From assembly GCA_951406725.2 (NCBI GenBank), contig OX597826.1, positions 53,630,001 through 53,694,000 on the forward strand: 64,000 nucleotides of DNA. The letters run 5' to 3'. Positions within the stretch are counted from its first letter, which is position 1, and each line of letters begins with the position of its first letter. Positions 52,160 to 64,000 of the stretch are shown piece after piece. This stretch comes from Octopus vulgaris (Eukaryota). The translations under genes and the position numbers were made by a program. Under the pieces are notes generated by a model. It was given only the letters and a program-made list of their open reading frames with translations. It made no database searches and was not told the origin of the DNA.

Positions 52160-52497
52160 TGCAGATGGGTGACCCCCTTTTGTCATGAATGACCATAGGA
52201 TTGCACCTAGAAAGTTACCCTCCAAGGCACAAGTCCGGGCAAGGTTGTTTTTATGGAAGACCAGCATTCGCTCATGCATACCATCCTCATCTCTCCATGC
52301 CACTGATGTTATCCAAGGGAAAGGCAAAGACTGATACAGCTTGATGCTGCAACTCATTTCCACAGCTGAGTGAACTGGAGCAACATGAAATAAAGTGTCT
52401 TGCTCAAGAACACAACATGCAGCCCGGTCCGGGAATCGAACTCACAACCTCACGATCGTAAGCTCAACACTCTAACCATTGAGCCATGCACCTTCAC
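52160..52497 (-). mobile_element. tRNA-derived SINE family C
   Basis: Minus strand head gaaggtgcatggctcaatggttagagtg..gagttcgattccc, then gtgttcttgagcaagacact. Relatives at about 21937-22170(+), 25700-25925(-), 32250-32570(-), 33975-34300(+), 35645-35930 and 51110-51270(+). Confidence 0.75.
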
Positions 52498-52523
52498 TTG
52501 ACTGTGTATATGGCTGTATATAT

Positions 52524-52691
52524 GGGTGCAGGTATGATTGTGTGGTTTCTTTCTAACCATATGGTTTTTGTTTCAGTCCCACAGGGTGGCACCTTGGGCA
52601 AATGTATTCTACTCTAGCCTTGGGCTGACCAAAGCCTTGTGAGTGGATTTGGTAGACAGAAACGGAAAGAAGCCCATCATATATATGTGCA

Positions 52692-52725
<34 letters not shown>

Positions 52726-52922
52726 TGTGTTTGTGTCTATGTTAGTCCTCCACCACTGCTTGACAACTGGTGTTGGTACATTTACATTCTTGTAACTAGC
52801 GATTTGGCAGAGACCGACAGAATAAGTACTGGGGGTGGGGGAGGTTGATTCATTTGACTAAGAATACTTCAAGGCAGTGCCCCAGCATGGTCACAGTCTA
52901 ATGACCGAAATAAGTAAAAGAT
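52524..52922 (+). mobile_element. SINE family A
   Basis: Colinear with the family. Confidence 0.8.
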
Positions 52923-52932
52923 AATATACATA

Positions 52933-53309
52933 CACTTGCGTCAGAAATTAATTAGCACTTCACAAATTTCTACATCAAATAGGTTAAATCAATTAACCTA
53001 TGAGCTGTTCAAAACGTCTTACGCGATGAGAAAACTTAGTATGGTGTGATTTCGGTCCTTGCGAGGCGCTACCTATATCTATTAAACAAAGGAAGATTTG
53101 TCTGCATCCACACTCCAAGTTGTTGCACTGCTATGTCAACATCATAAGGCTGTAGACTCTCAAACTGCTCTGCAAACAAAGTTACGTCATCGTTCTGCGC
53201 AACAGTGAACTCGCAACAAAGCAATAGTTCGAGATATGGCCACTAGGTGACAGCACATACCTTGAGTGAAGAGCAAATCAAAGGTGCTAATTAATTTCTG
53301 ACGGTAGTG
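52933..53309. mobile_element. Tc1/mariner-type MITE (377 bp)
   Basis: TA TSDs; ~27-bp TIRs cacttgcgtcagaaattaattagcac / gtgctaattaatttctgacggtagtg; no ORF; CpG-rich interior. Confidence 0.85.
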
Positions 53310-53598
53310 TACATATATAGGAATGGATGTTGAACGATGATGATGACGATGAACCTCTTTTAGGTGTTAATTCTCTCACAAAACTCTCTCTTTTTAATGT
53401 TTCTTTTTATCTTTATAATGCTTCAGTTGTCTTTCTTCATTTATTTAAACACCCCCTAATATCTATAGCATCCTTCATGACCTTTAACTCCTCTCACTTT
53501 CTTAAATATTTATACTAACTACCAACTATCACCTGTTACTGTCTGACAAACTACAGCTGGTACTGGAGCTGGTGAAACTGTAAGAGATAGATGGATGG

Positions 53599-53680
<82 letters not shown>

Positions 53681-53988
53681 AAGAAGCAATAAAGAGTAAA
53701 GAGAAATGGGAAAGAGACTCTAGAGAGTTGAGAGAGGAAAAAAGACAGCAGAGATATGAAAGAGAGGGGAAGATAATAGAGTAATGAAAAGGTAATAATG
53801 AAATAATGAGATGAGAAACAATAGAGAGATAACAGAGACAATAGAGAGAGAGAGAGAGTGAGGAAGGAGAGGGAAAGAAATGAAAGAGACATTAGAAAGA
53901 CAAGAGAAAAAATCCAGATGAGAGAAAGAAGAAAGAGAGAGAGAGGATGATGAGAGAATGACATTTAACACTTTGTAGTTAATATAAA

Positions 53989-54471
53989 AGATAACACACG
54001 ACAGTTATGTAAGGAATATATATTGGTGTAGAAGCAAACATATAATGGAAGCTGTATCGTGCTCTATGAATTAAGGAAGATAAATATACTACAGAGGCAG
54101 TAGGAACTGATATAGTATTTTGATAGTAAAAGTAATATAATAATGATACTATATTGATTATAAAAGATAACATACTACACAGGTGGTAGGATTTGGCATA
54201 GTTACTGGTAGAAGTATTATAGAAAAGATATATAGCTTATAGAAAGATGATACGCTATAAAGGTGTTAGGATTTCATATAGTATATTGATAGTAGACGTA
54301 ATAGTAGGCGCAGGAGTGGTTGTGTGGTAAGTAGCTTGCTTACCATCCACATGGTTCCGGGTTCATTCCCACTGCGTGGCACCTTGGGCAAGTGTCTTCT
54401 AGTATAGCCTCGGGCCGACCAAAGCCTTGTGAGTGGATTTGGTAGACGGAAACTGAAAGAAGCCCGTCGCA

Positions 54472-54502
<31 letters not shown>

Positions 54503-54900
54503 GTGTGCGTGTATGTTTGTCCCCCCAACATCGCTTGACAACCGATGCTGGTGTGTTTACATCCCCGTAACTTAGCGGTTCAGCAAAAGAGACCAATAGA
54601 ATAAGTACTAGGCTTCCAAAGAATAAGTTCTGGGGTTGATTTGCTCGACTAAAAGTGGTGCTCCAGCATGGCCACAGTCAAATGACTGAAACAAGTAAAA
54701 GATAAAAAGATAAAGATAATACAGTAGAAGAGATATATAACTACAAAAGATAAATATACTACATAGATGATAGGATTTGATATAGTATATTGAGGATAGA
54801 AGTAATATAGTAGCAGAGATATAATGTTATTTTAATTGTAGAAGATAAAATATAAGAGAGGCAGTAGGAACTGGTAGGAAAACTATAACTGATAGAAGAA
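53989..54900. repeat. Degenerate ~80-95-bp tandem repeat (about 6 units) interrupted by a SINE
   Basis: Recurring gataa(a)tatactac..taggatttg.tatagtatattga..tagaagtaatatag at about 53989, 54079, 54166, 54246, 54749 and 54844. Confidence 0.6.
54306..54712 (+). mobile_element. Full-length tRNA/CORE-type SINE, family A (octopus OR2-like by recollection)
   Basis: Head ggcgcaggagtggttgtgtggtaag..gggttcattccc, CORE-like gcaccttgggcaagtgtcttct, internal (TA)n(TG)n and (taaaaga)n tail. More than 20 full or partial copies occur in the window. Confidence 0.85.
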
Positions 54901-55241
54901 TGATGACAAAAGGAAAATGTAAGAATTCATGTAACCAACTGTTTTTTTTGCGTTATTTAGAACTAAAATATTGTTTTTGTCATAGGATTGGTCATACTCA
55001 AAAACTTCTGTATGTCAATAACCTGGTTATCTTTGAAGAATCTAAAATGTCTAAGACGAGTCGCTATTAATAAGATTATAATTTTTTTTTTTTTTGACTA
55101 TTCACCACATCTTTAGAGATAAAAAAAAAGTGTTTACATCTGCACTGTTTTGACTGGTTTTGTCATCACCATTGTCATCGACTGTCTTATTTCTGGATGT
55201 TTACATAAGTACCAGATCAGGTTTGGACCAAGAATTCTTAA

Positions 55242-55463
55242 CCCTTTAGTGTTCGCATTATTCTGCCAAAATGAATCCTCTTTTTATCCACATTGCCTTG
55301 AACTAATTAGGCATTATCTTGATGCTATGAGATTTTGATGATGTAGCTGTTAATTTTTAAAACGATATTGTAGGGCTGGTGTGAGAGACCAGACCTGGCC
55401 AATTTGAACATAAAACAGGTAGAATACTTTTGGCCGGATATGGCTGGTTTAAATGCTAAAGGG
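55242..55463 (-). mobile_element. piggyBac-type MITE (222 bp)
   Basis: ttaa/ttga flanks, ccctttag...ctaaaggg ends, closely similar to 48777-48997. Confidence 0.85.
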
Positions 55464-55659
55464 TTGATACTAAATTAGACAAGTACATGCTTCAAACCCT
55501 GGTGAATAAGACACCTGGTAAATGATTATATATCAAACTGATCTAAGCCTTCGTTGAGGGGGGGGGGGGGAGTTAATCCCCAAAATTATAATCTTATAGA
55601 AGTTCTAATTAGTAGCAGGGATACAAAACGTCAGTAACATCAAGGAGGTAGCTTTATTC

Positions 55660-56460
55660 TAGGCAGGAATGAATTATTTCAGTACTGTACAGTGCGTTCA
55701 GAGCAAGCAAAATGTACATAAAAAGTAGAATTGTATCTGTGATGGATGGTCAGAATACCAGGCTTTCAGATGTGTTATCTGTATGAGTTAGCTGTAAAGG
55801 AACATTAAATACAGTCCTTAGACTATACACACGGTTCGTTGGAAGTAACAGATAATTTTTGCAATCTAGGTAAGAAAAATTAATGTTTTCAGTGACTGTA
55901 GTGAGAGAAAATGGCTGGAAGACAAAAAAGGATTTATCTTGGGTACTTAGTTAAGGGCACTGAGGACAAAAGATCTAGAGAAGTTAGTAAAAAGGGGGTT
56001 GAATATGAACATTCATGGAAAACAGAGCACAAGTAGCTGTTCATTAATGCTTTAGCATTTAGCCATATCCAGCACAAATATTCTACCTTTTAAAGTTCAG
56101 ACTGGTCAGATCTGGCCTTTCACACCTTTCCTTCAATGTCCTTCTAAAAATATTCACTTGGATCATCGAAATCTCAAAGCTATGAGATAATGCATAATTA
56201 ATTAAAAACAATGTGGGAAAATAAGCATTACATTTGACAGAGTAATCTGAATACTAAAGGATCAAGGTATTTGTCAATATGTGCTGGAGAGATGGATGTT
56301 TTAAGTATGTATATGTGATGTGAATAGCCAACATCTCAAAAAAAATATCCTGCTGTGTTGGCAATGAAACATACTTAGAGAAAGACCAAGGTAGACATTG
56401 AAGGAAGCGGTAAAAGCAGATCTCAGGATGCTATGCCTCAAAGATGAACTAATGTGATTG
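55660..56460 (+). mobile_element. Decayed RTE/RTE-X-like LINE remnant, interrupted by a TTAA MITE
   Basis: Fragments VQCVQSKQNVHKK*NCI (PHD-like C..C..W.HK.C), SLEVTDNFCNLG (EVVD.FCYLG) and RPR*TLKEAVKADLRMLCL (GRPRKTW.E.VK.DL). Confidence 0.5.
56048..56261 (+). mobile_element. piggyBac-type MITE, decayed
   Basis: ttaa/tcaa flanks, family interior, degenerate ends. Confidence 0.7.
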
Positions 56461-57176
56461 AATGGAATGGAAACATATAGAACAGTAGATATTTCACAAG
56501 AGCATGTGAAAAATTGATGTTATGATGATAAGTGAATAAACTGAAAAAGAAAAAAAAAACAAGAAAAAGCTGTTCACAAATTGAATTTTGATGAAATTGT
56601 TTATGTTATGCCAAATCTAAACATTTGCCAATGATAAAAATAAAAGTATCTGCAGTTTCATGAAGCAATAATTCTTGATTCTTGATAAAATCTAATGCTT
56701 TTATAATATTAGATTTAAGGACTGATTGACTTGATAAAAATTCTGATATCTCACACAGGCTTTTGATGTTTGGTAAAGAATATGAAATTAAATAACATCT
56801 ATGACTTGCTCAAATGAAGTAGCTATAACAGGAAATCAAAATCATGAAATGAATCCCAATGGTAATCATCAAAAATTGGTAGAGATATTGATGGGTGTTC
56901 TTGATATTTAAGTTCTTCAAAGAGACCTATGAAAAACATGATTTAAGTGGTTAAGATATCAAACTACTGACTGAAAGTTTATAATCACTGCCATTCCTAT
57001 TGAACTGTCGCTGTCATATAAGTAATAACTATGGTCATCATTCAGACGGAAAGTATGATGATATGGTGATGCGTACTATGCTTTCACTAACTGTTTTAAG
57101 TGCCTATGTAGTTGTAAGCAGACATAAACACCCTCTTGCTCTCTGATATTTGATTCAGCAGAACATTCAGGCTGTG

Positions 57177-57405
57177 AAGGCGGCGAGCTGGCAGAAACGT
57201 TACCACTACAGGTGAAATGCTTAGCGGTATTTCGTCTGCCACTACGTTCTGAGTTCAAATACCGCTGAGGTTGACTTTGCCTTTCATCCCTTCAGGGTCG
57301 ATAAATTAAGTCCCAGTTACACACTGGGGTTTATCTAATCGACTTAATCCCTTTGTCCTTGTTTGTCCTCTCTATGTTTAGCCCCTTGTAGGCAATAAAG
57401 AAATA
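57177..57405 (+). mobile_element. SINE family B, young copy
   Basis: TSD agaacattcagg(c/a)tgtg; colinear with 1628-1856. Confidence 0.85.
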
Positions 57406-57909
57406 AGAACATTCAGGATGTGTGTGTGAGAGAAAGAGAGAGGGAGGCTTCACTAGTGCTCATTAACAGCTGTGTAGACTGAAATAATATGAAATGAAGT
57501 GTCTTGCTCAAGGACACAATGTACTCTTTGGTCCACAAATGGAACCTTTGATTTTATATTGCAAGCCTATCATCCTAATCATTAGGTGACATGTTTTTGG
57601 CATGTAAAACACAGTATATCACATGACCATGTGATCGACCTGACTATTGGATGTAGTTCTACATCGCTGGTCACAATGCGCTTTGTATCATTTTAGCTTT
57701 GAAATAATGTCACGTAGCTGGTTAGGCAAGCAGGCCATAAGACACTATACATTTCAGGTAACATTGGTAAAAATAACTTCACCATCCGGAAGCAAATCTG
57801 ACCTTCATGATTCCTGCATTGAAAATTGAAAGAGTTTTGATATTCAGAACTATGTAACTCATGGTTAAATGGTAAAATGACTAAAATATTTTGTCAATGT
57901 CATAAGAAT

Positions 57910-58203
57910 ATGCCCAAGAGCATATGGTGTAGTGGTTAAGAGCGCGGGCTGCTAACTTCAAGATTCCGAGTTCGATTCCAGGCAGTTACTTGAATAATAA
58001 TAATAATAATAATAATAACATTGAAAAATACCTTAGGAATGAGAACCCAGGTTTGAAATTTCCCCAAGACACCTGACGAAGGCTGGAGGCTATATCAGCC
58101 GAAATGTTGTGTTAACAACAAACAAGATGAGGACAAATATCCGTCAAATGCAAATAATGTAAATAATGTACATAATTCCTCATCTCATAAATACAGAACT
58201 GTA
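57910..58203 (+). mobile_element. tRNA-derived SINE carrying a hammerhead ribozyme motif
   Basis: A box tggtgtagtgg (57925-57935), B box gagttcgattcc (57968-57979), internal (AAT)n, hammerhead-like core at 58068-58113, TSD tcataagaat at 57900-57909 and 58204-58213. Confidence 0.75.
58068..58113 (+). ncRNA. Minimal type I hammerhead ribozyme motif (Penelope-like)
   Basis: gacac (stem I) CUGACGA a ggcug-gaggcuauau-cagcc (stem II) GAAA u GUU guguu (stem I partner). This matches the minimal HHR layout, with a probable C-to-T change after GAAA. Confidence 0.65.
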
Positions 58204-58266
58204 TCATAAGAATTATAAACTTTTAGAAAAAAATAGAATAATCCTTTTATGGAATTGGTTATTATT

Positions 58267-58927
58267 AAGGTAATGAACTAGCAGAACTGTTAATGTGCTG
58301 GGCAAAATATTGAGCAGCATTTCATCAATCATTACAGTTTGAGGTTAAATTGCACTGGGGTCAACATTATCAACATTACCTTCCATCTTTCTGGGGACAA
58401 TAAAATAAGTAACAGTCAGGTACAGGGGTCACTGTATAACTTAAATCCTCCCCCTGAAATTGCTGGCTTTGTGATCGACCAGACTTTTAGGGTTGATGAA
58501 ATAAGTACCAGTTGAGCACTAGGATCGATCTAATCGACTTGTCCACCCCTACCCCGAAATTGCTGGCCTTGTGCCTAAATTGGAAATCAATATTAAAATG
58601 TGTCGTTCTTGATGTATATACATTGGGAACAATGTAATCAACTAGGCCCTGCCTCCCAAATTTCAGGTTTTGTGCCCTTTTGTTTTGTTCTTTTTTGTTT
58701 TGGCAAGGCCGCAAGTTGGGAGAATCATTAGTACATTGGGCAAACGGTTAGCAGTATTTTGTCCATCTTTACATTCTGAGTTCAAATTCCACTGAGGTCG
58801 ACTTTACCTTTCATCCTTTCGGGGTCGATAAAATAAGTACCAGTTGAGTATTGGGGTCAATGTAATCGACTAGCCCCCCCCCCCCCCTCCACCATATTTC
58901 AGGCTTTGTGCCTATAGTAGAAAGGGC

Positions 58928-58990
<63 letters not shown>
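58267..58990 (+). mobile_element. SINE family B tandem cluster ending in (ATT)n
   Basis: Two near-full copies plus two 3' fragments in the same orientation; long (tat)n tail at 58928-59000. Confidence 0.7.
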
Positions 58991-58998
<8 letters not shown>

Positions 58999-61900
58999 TT
59001 GATATCTGATTAAGGTTAATATTTTATTCCCAAAATTTATTGAACTGTTTAATAAAAATGAAGGGCATTAAGAAAAAAAAGAGAGGAGAAAAAGAGAAAA
59101 GTCATCAAAACACCAAAACTGGAGAATGAAATTATCAAACTGAATGAATGATTTGTGAATCTAAAGTTGTGTGTCAACACTAATATATTTTCAAAAACAG
59201 TTTTACCAATATACAAATTTATGGAATTATTCTTGAAGATGTCTAATTTTGATTAAAAAAATGCAAAAACAGAAAAAACAACGCCAACAACAACAACAAC
59301 AACAACAACAAACAAGCAGCAAATTATTTACCATTCAAAATGTCTCACAGACAGATAAAAATAAGATCTTTGAATATGTTAACTTGTACCAAATCTATGA
59401 AAACATTAAAGATGATGATAATGATTGGTATGATGATTTCCGAAAGGAAAAAACAGTCTTAATTTTTCAAAAGAATGTTTATTATTAATGTATTTTTTTT
59501 TTTTCCTTTCCCTTCAAAACGGTGAAAATTGTTTGATAAATAGATAGTTTTCTTCTTTTTTTTTCTTTCTTTTAAACTCTTTTTTTTTTCAGGAAAATGT
59601 TGAAAACTTTTAGAAGTAATCATATGAGAAAATCTAAGATTCTTATTGATATTCATATTTTTTTTTTTTAAAGATATAATTGAGTATTTCTTGTACTGAT
59701 GTTTTCTTTTTTTTCCATAAGGAAGTGTTGTTAAACCCATAGCCTGATAAGATTGTCTCACATTGAGTCTGAAAATCATTCAAAAGTAATCTTGATGAGA
59801 AGGAAAAATAAAAAATTTTTTTTTCATATATAAATGAAAATTTTCTATCTTAGGAAAGAAGAAATTTGAAGTGGTGTGGATTTGCTCAAGACAAAATGAT
59901 TAGTTTTGGAAATGTATAAAAAAGATGTGCTAAAATTTCTAGAGAGACCTTTCCAAATTGTTGCATTTAAGTGAATAAAGGACAGATTTCTTCAAATGAA
60001 TGTCTCGCTTCATCTGATAAAATGTCACGAAGAAGTAGCAGGTGCAGTTTTTAAGCCATAAACCATCAAACAATTGTCCAGACATTTATTCTCGCCAGTA
60101 GAATGGAGCCAGTGGTTACTGTTATATGGTTAAGTACCTTTCATATTTCCAAGGGAGAGTCACAGAATGAGTTCATAAAATTCATTTAAATTGAAAATAG
60201 AATGACAATCATCATATCTTTTATAGAGAGAGAGGCTTGTCAGATAATCAATATTCTTGAGTTACATAGAAATTAATTCTTTCATGAGCTACAAAGATAA
60301 TTATCTCTGGCTTTCTTCATGTTAAGTTGTCGCAAGAGAAATCTTTTACTTGATAAGAAGACTAACTTCAAAAAATAGAATGGTACCTCTTTAACAAACA
60401 GCTAGACAATCTGAAATAAAAATAGTCATGTATTTTTTCCCTCTGTGAGAGAAACAAAAAGCTATCACTTTTGATAACTGAAAATGTATAGGATAAAAAA
60501 GGTGACACAGTACTTAAAGTACTTGAGTATGCTTTTTCTAAGTCTGTAATTATGTTATTTTTAAAATGGTTTTAAGATATATCCAAAAGATTGCTTGCTG
60601 ATGAAGCACATATCATGTATGAGGGAGACAACAAGAATCTGTAGACTTATAAGAACTAGAATCATGAAATAGCATACTATTTAAATCAGATATTTCTGAA
60701 TGTGGTCAAATATTAGGTAGATGAAATGTATGCTGAGAATTAGCGATTCAGTTTCATCTAGAAGGGTGCTTACAAACAATTCCATAGATTTTGTTAGATA
60801 AAATAAATGTTTCCTGGAAGGAATTCTCTGTTTTGGAATTCTATGTTTTAAGATCAATTTACTAAAGACATTTAAGACAACTGCTTCTTTCTCCAAAAGA
60901 AAGTCTGTATCCTTAACTGTGAGATCCATATGCAATTCTGAAGACAGGGCATGGCTGTGTAGTTAGGGAGCTTGCTTCCTAGCTACATGGTTTCGGGTTC
61001 AGTCCCACTGCGTGGCACTTTGGGTAGGTGTCTTCCACTATAGCTTCGAGCCGACCGGAGCTTTGTGATGGAATTCGGTAGGTGGAAGTTACTGCCGTGT
61101 GTGTATGTGTGCGTATAGCTGCTCAGTGCCTCTCCGAAAGAGAGAGAGGGAATACATCAAAAAGATCCAGGGAGATTATCAACAAACAATTGATTATACA
61201 CCATTAGAGCAGATTTAAAGATTGGGCAACAGTTCGGTGATAAAATCATTGTCAACATCTGTGTTTCCCAACCATTTTACTCTTGGAGAAGCCTTGAATA
61301 AATTCCATGTCTCAAAGAAATCTTACATTAAAATTATTATATGTCTTTATTAAACTTCTTCCTTCTCTTTTATTAGATTAAACTTCATAAGAGATTAAAC
61401 AAATCAGAAAACTGTCTTTGTAAGCTTTGACAGTGTTAAACCTTTCAGATGGCTTCAGAAATTTCATTTTAACAATACGTTTTTTAGACCAAATTTCTCA
61501 ACAATCTCTTCTTAAGAGTTATTATTTTTCCTGTACGGTCTCCTTAAAACCAAGAGATGACAGAATCTCCTTACCTTAGGGAATATGCCATGCATGTATA
61601 ACAAAATTACAAATACAGAATTAAATGAAATGAACAGAAAATGCATTTGATTATATGATTAGCATATTCATTACTATCTCTTATGGAACCCGTAACAACC
61701 TCTCAAGAAAGTTTAATGTCCTGGAGAACCCAGTCAAGAAATGCTTATCCAGATAACATTAGAGAACATTACTTACAAATCTATTCCCTAGGTCAATTTG
61801 GAGGAAGATGTATTACCAATACTAGACTAGTTTGTGTTATCAAATATAATCTTGTATTAATTAAATCCTGAAATATATCAGATCACTTTCCTGTCTCAAA

Positions 61901-62420
61901 CCCTTACATGTCTTTTTCCCTCTTCAATTAAGGGATATCTTATTCTATATATCTTTGAAGAGGTATAACCAGCAGATGATCCACAGACAAGGGAAATGAT
62001 ACCAACATCATAGTCTATATCTGAGCAAGTCTCCAGAGAAGCACAAATGTAAATAAATACATGGATACATACATGTACACACCTCAGTACAAAAGTTATG
62101 TTTTCTCTTGAAGGTCACAAAATACTTTAGCATTGGTCACTTACTGATTCTCTACAAAAGACTCATCAAGCCAAATGAAATCATAGCTGTGGCCAATGCC
62201 AGTGTTATGTAACTGATACTTGCACTGGTGGGACATAAAAATCACCCATTACTCTCTTGGAGTGGTTGGCGTTAGGAAGGGCATCTAGTCATAGAAACCA
62301 TGCCAAATCAGATTAGAACCTGGTGCAGCTCTCCAGCTTACCAGTTTCATTCAAACCACCTAACCTATGCCCGCATGAAAAGCAGACACTAAATGATGAT
62401 GATGATGATGATGATAACTG

Positions 62421-62740
62421 ATAGTAGAGCACAGCTCAAATATCTGAGACTGAGTTTTGGCTGTATGCAGTCAGTAGAGTACAGCTCAAATATTTGGGAA
62501 TGACCTTTAGCTAGATACAGATAGTAGAGTACTGCTCAAGGAAACTAGGACAGATCTATAGCTACACATAGACAATAGAGTTCCACACATATCTAGGGCA
62601 GACCTGTAGCAATATACAGACAGTAGAGTACTATTTACATATTTAGGAGTGACCTGTAGCTATATACAGCTAATACAGTACAGCTCACATGTTTCAGACT
62701 GACCTGTAGTTACATACAGACATTTGAGTATCATCACTCA
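62421..62740. repeat. Degenerate ~50-bp minisatellite, about 6 units
   Basis: Recurring cagtagagtacagctca(a/c)atat.tagg..tgacctgtagcta.atacag. Confidence 0.75.
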
Positions 62741-62881
62741 CAACATTTACGATTGGTCAAAAACAGCATCCTGACAGCTGATTGGAAAAAAAAGCATCTA
62801 GCTGAAAGGTAAAAGAATGATTCACCAATATACAGCATCTACAAAACCAAAAACATGATGCTTCTTTGCCCTGCCTCTATA

Positions 62882-62943
<62 letters not shown>

Positions 62944-64000
62944 CACCACTACCACCACCACTACTACTACTACTATTACTTCCTCTTCTTCTGCTCCGAT
63001 AAAATGACAAGCTGCATACCACTACTGCCACTGCCATCACCACCACCACCACCACCAACAACAACAACACTAACTACCACTATTGTTGCCACCACCACCA
63101 TCAGTACCACCCAATCCTATCTAATTCTCTTCACCTCTCTTTATCTTCTCTACTGCTGTTCTTATTGTTTAACCCCAGGTCAGCTTTAACTCAGCAGACC
63201 TATGATCAAAGGTATTGCAATTGTGGTCATCTTTCTTTCTTAGGCATAGAGAGTCAACCAATGCATCCTTTTCTTAAGATAGCTGGGAGTATGATAAGAA
63301 GGACACTTGGCTGCTCTTTCTAGCAAGTCCATTCCAACTCATCTCCTAACTACACACTTAGCTGAGCAATCCTTTTTACTCAGAATTTCATCCTTCTGGA
63401 ACACCTTTTGTACCACATTGACGTTTTCTTCAACTACTGAATGTCAACTGCATTTTTTGCACTAATGTTTTGGTGGGTGAGAAGCACGTGTGTGTGTGTA
63501 TGTGTGGAGTGTCATGTAAAGATCAATGCAACAAAAGATAGATTGATTCATCATCATCATTTAATGTTTGTTTTCCATGCCGGTTGGGCAATTTGACAGG
63601 AGCTGGTTTTGTCAAAAGCAGTACACTGACAGCTGTTTCGGCAAAATTTCTATGGCTGGATACCCTTCCTAATCCCAATCACTTTACATAATGTATTGAG
63701 TGCTTTTTGATTGGTAAATAAAAATGCTTTCTCAAGTTCAGACTAAAGAAATTTTGATTGGATATATCCAATTTCCTCAATAAAAGAATTAAGTAATAAA
63801 AGACAAAATTGTAACTTTGAACATCTGTACAACTGGTTCATTTCTGAAGTGTGCCCGACTACAGATTTCATCACATTTTAATGTCACATGGAGAAAGCTA
63901 CATAATACAATCCAGATGTATGTATGTGGTTGTTGGTGTTTAACCCTAGGTCAACCCTCATTGAACAGGGCTATGATTAAAGGCATTCAGTGACAATCCC

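Noticed and set aside
57920-57985. tRNA gene
   Set aside because: A and B boxes are present, but there is no complete acceptor stem and it is embedded in a TSD-flanked element; interpreted as a SINE head.
60681-60935. 84-aa ORF in non-repetitive sequence
   Set aside because: No recognisable motif and no bounding splice sites that I can defend; possibly ancient TE debris.
61259-61745. Possible hAT-type MITE (ctgtgtttcccaacc start)
   Set aside because: Right terminus and TSD too degenerate to define.
62421-62740. CRISPR-like array
   Set aside because: Eukaryotic context, no constant repeat with unique spacers, and no cas genes.

Overview
Eukaryotic, AT-rich, extremely repeat-dense genomic DNA. 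The repeat families (tRNA/CORE-type SINEs with internal microsatellites, (GAT)n-tailed LINE 3' ends, abundant (TA)n/(CA)n/(AG)n/(GAT)n tracts) look like octopus or coleoid cephalopod DNA; this is an inference from recognising the repeats. The window appears to be mostly one or more very long introns. No long ORF exists, and the supplied ORFs are essentially microsatellite or repeat read-throughs. The only credible host-gene signals are on the minus strand: an 82-nt exon (15683-15602) with tandem donors, and a candidate 14-nt microexon (17811-17798) lying inside one arm of a 38-bp inverted repeat. Mobile DNA includes at least four SINE families, piggyBac-type (TTAA) MITEs, a Tc1-type MITE, an internally deleted mariner, Helitron-like elements and fossil non-LTR retrotransposons (HERO, R4/Dong, RTE, RTE-X-like). 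The most notable items are a TSD-flanked tRNA-derived SINE carrying a minimal Penelope-type hammerhead ribozyme motif (57910-58203), the hairpin-sequestered microexon candidate, and a SINE trimer under a single TSD. Coordinates were read by eye; repeat boundaries are approximate, and only representative copies of the high-copy families are listed.
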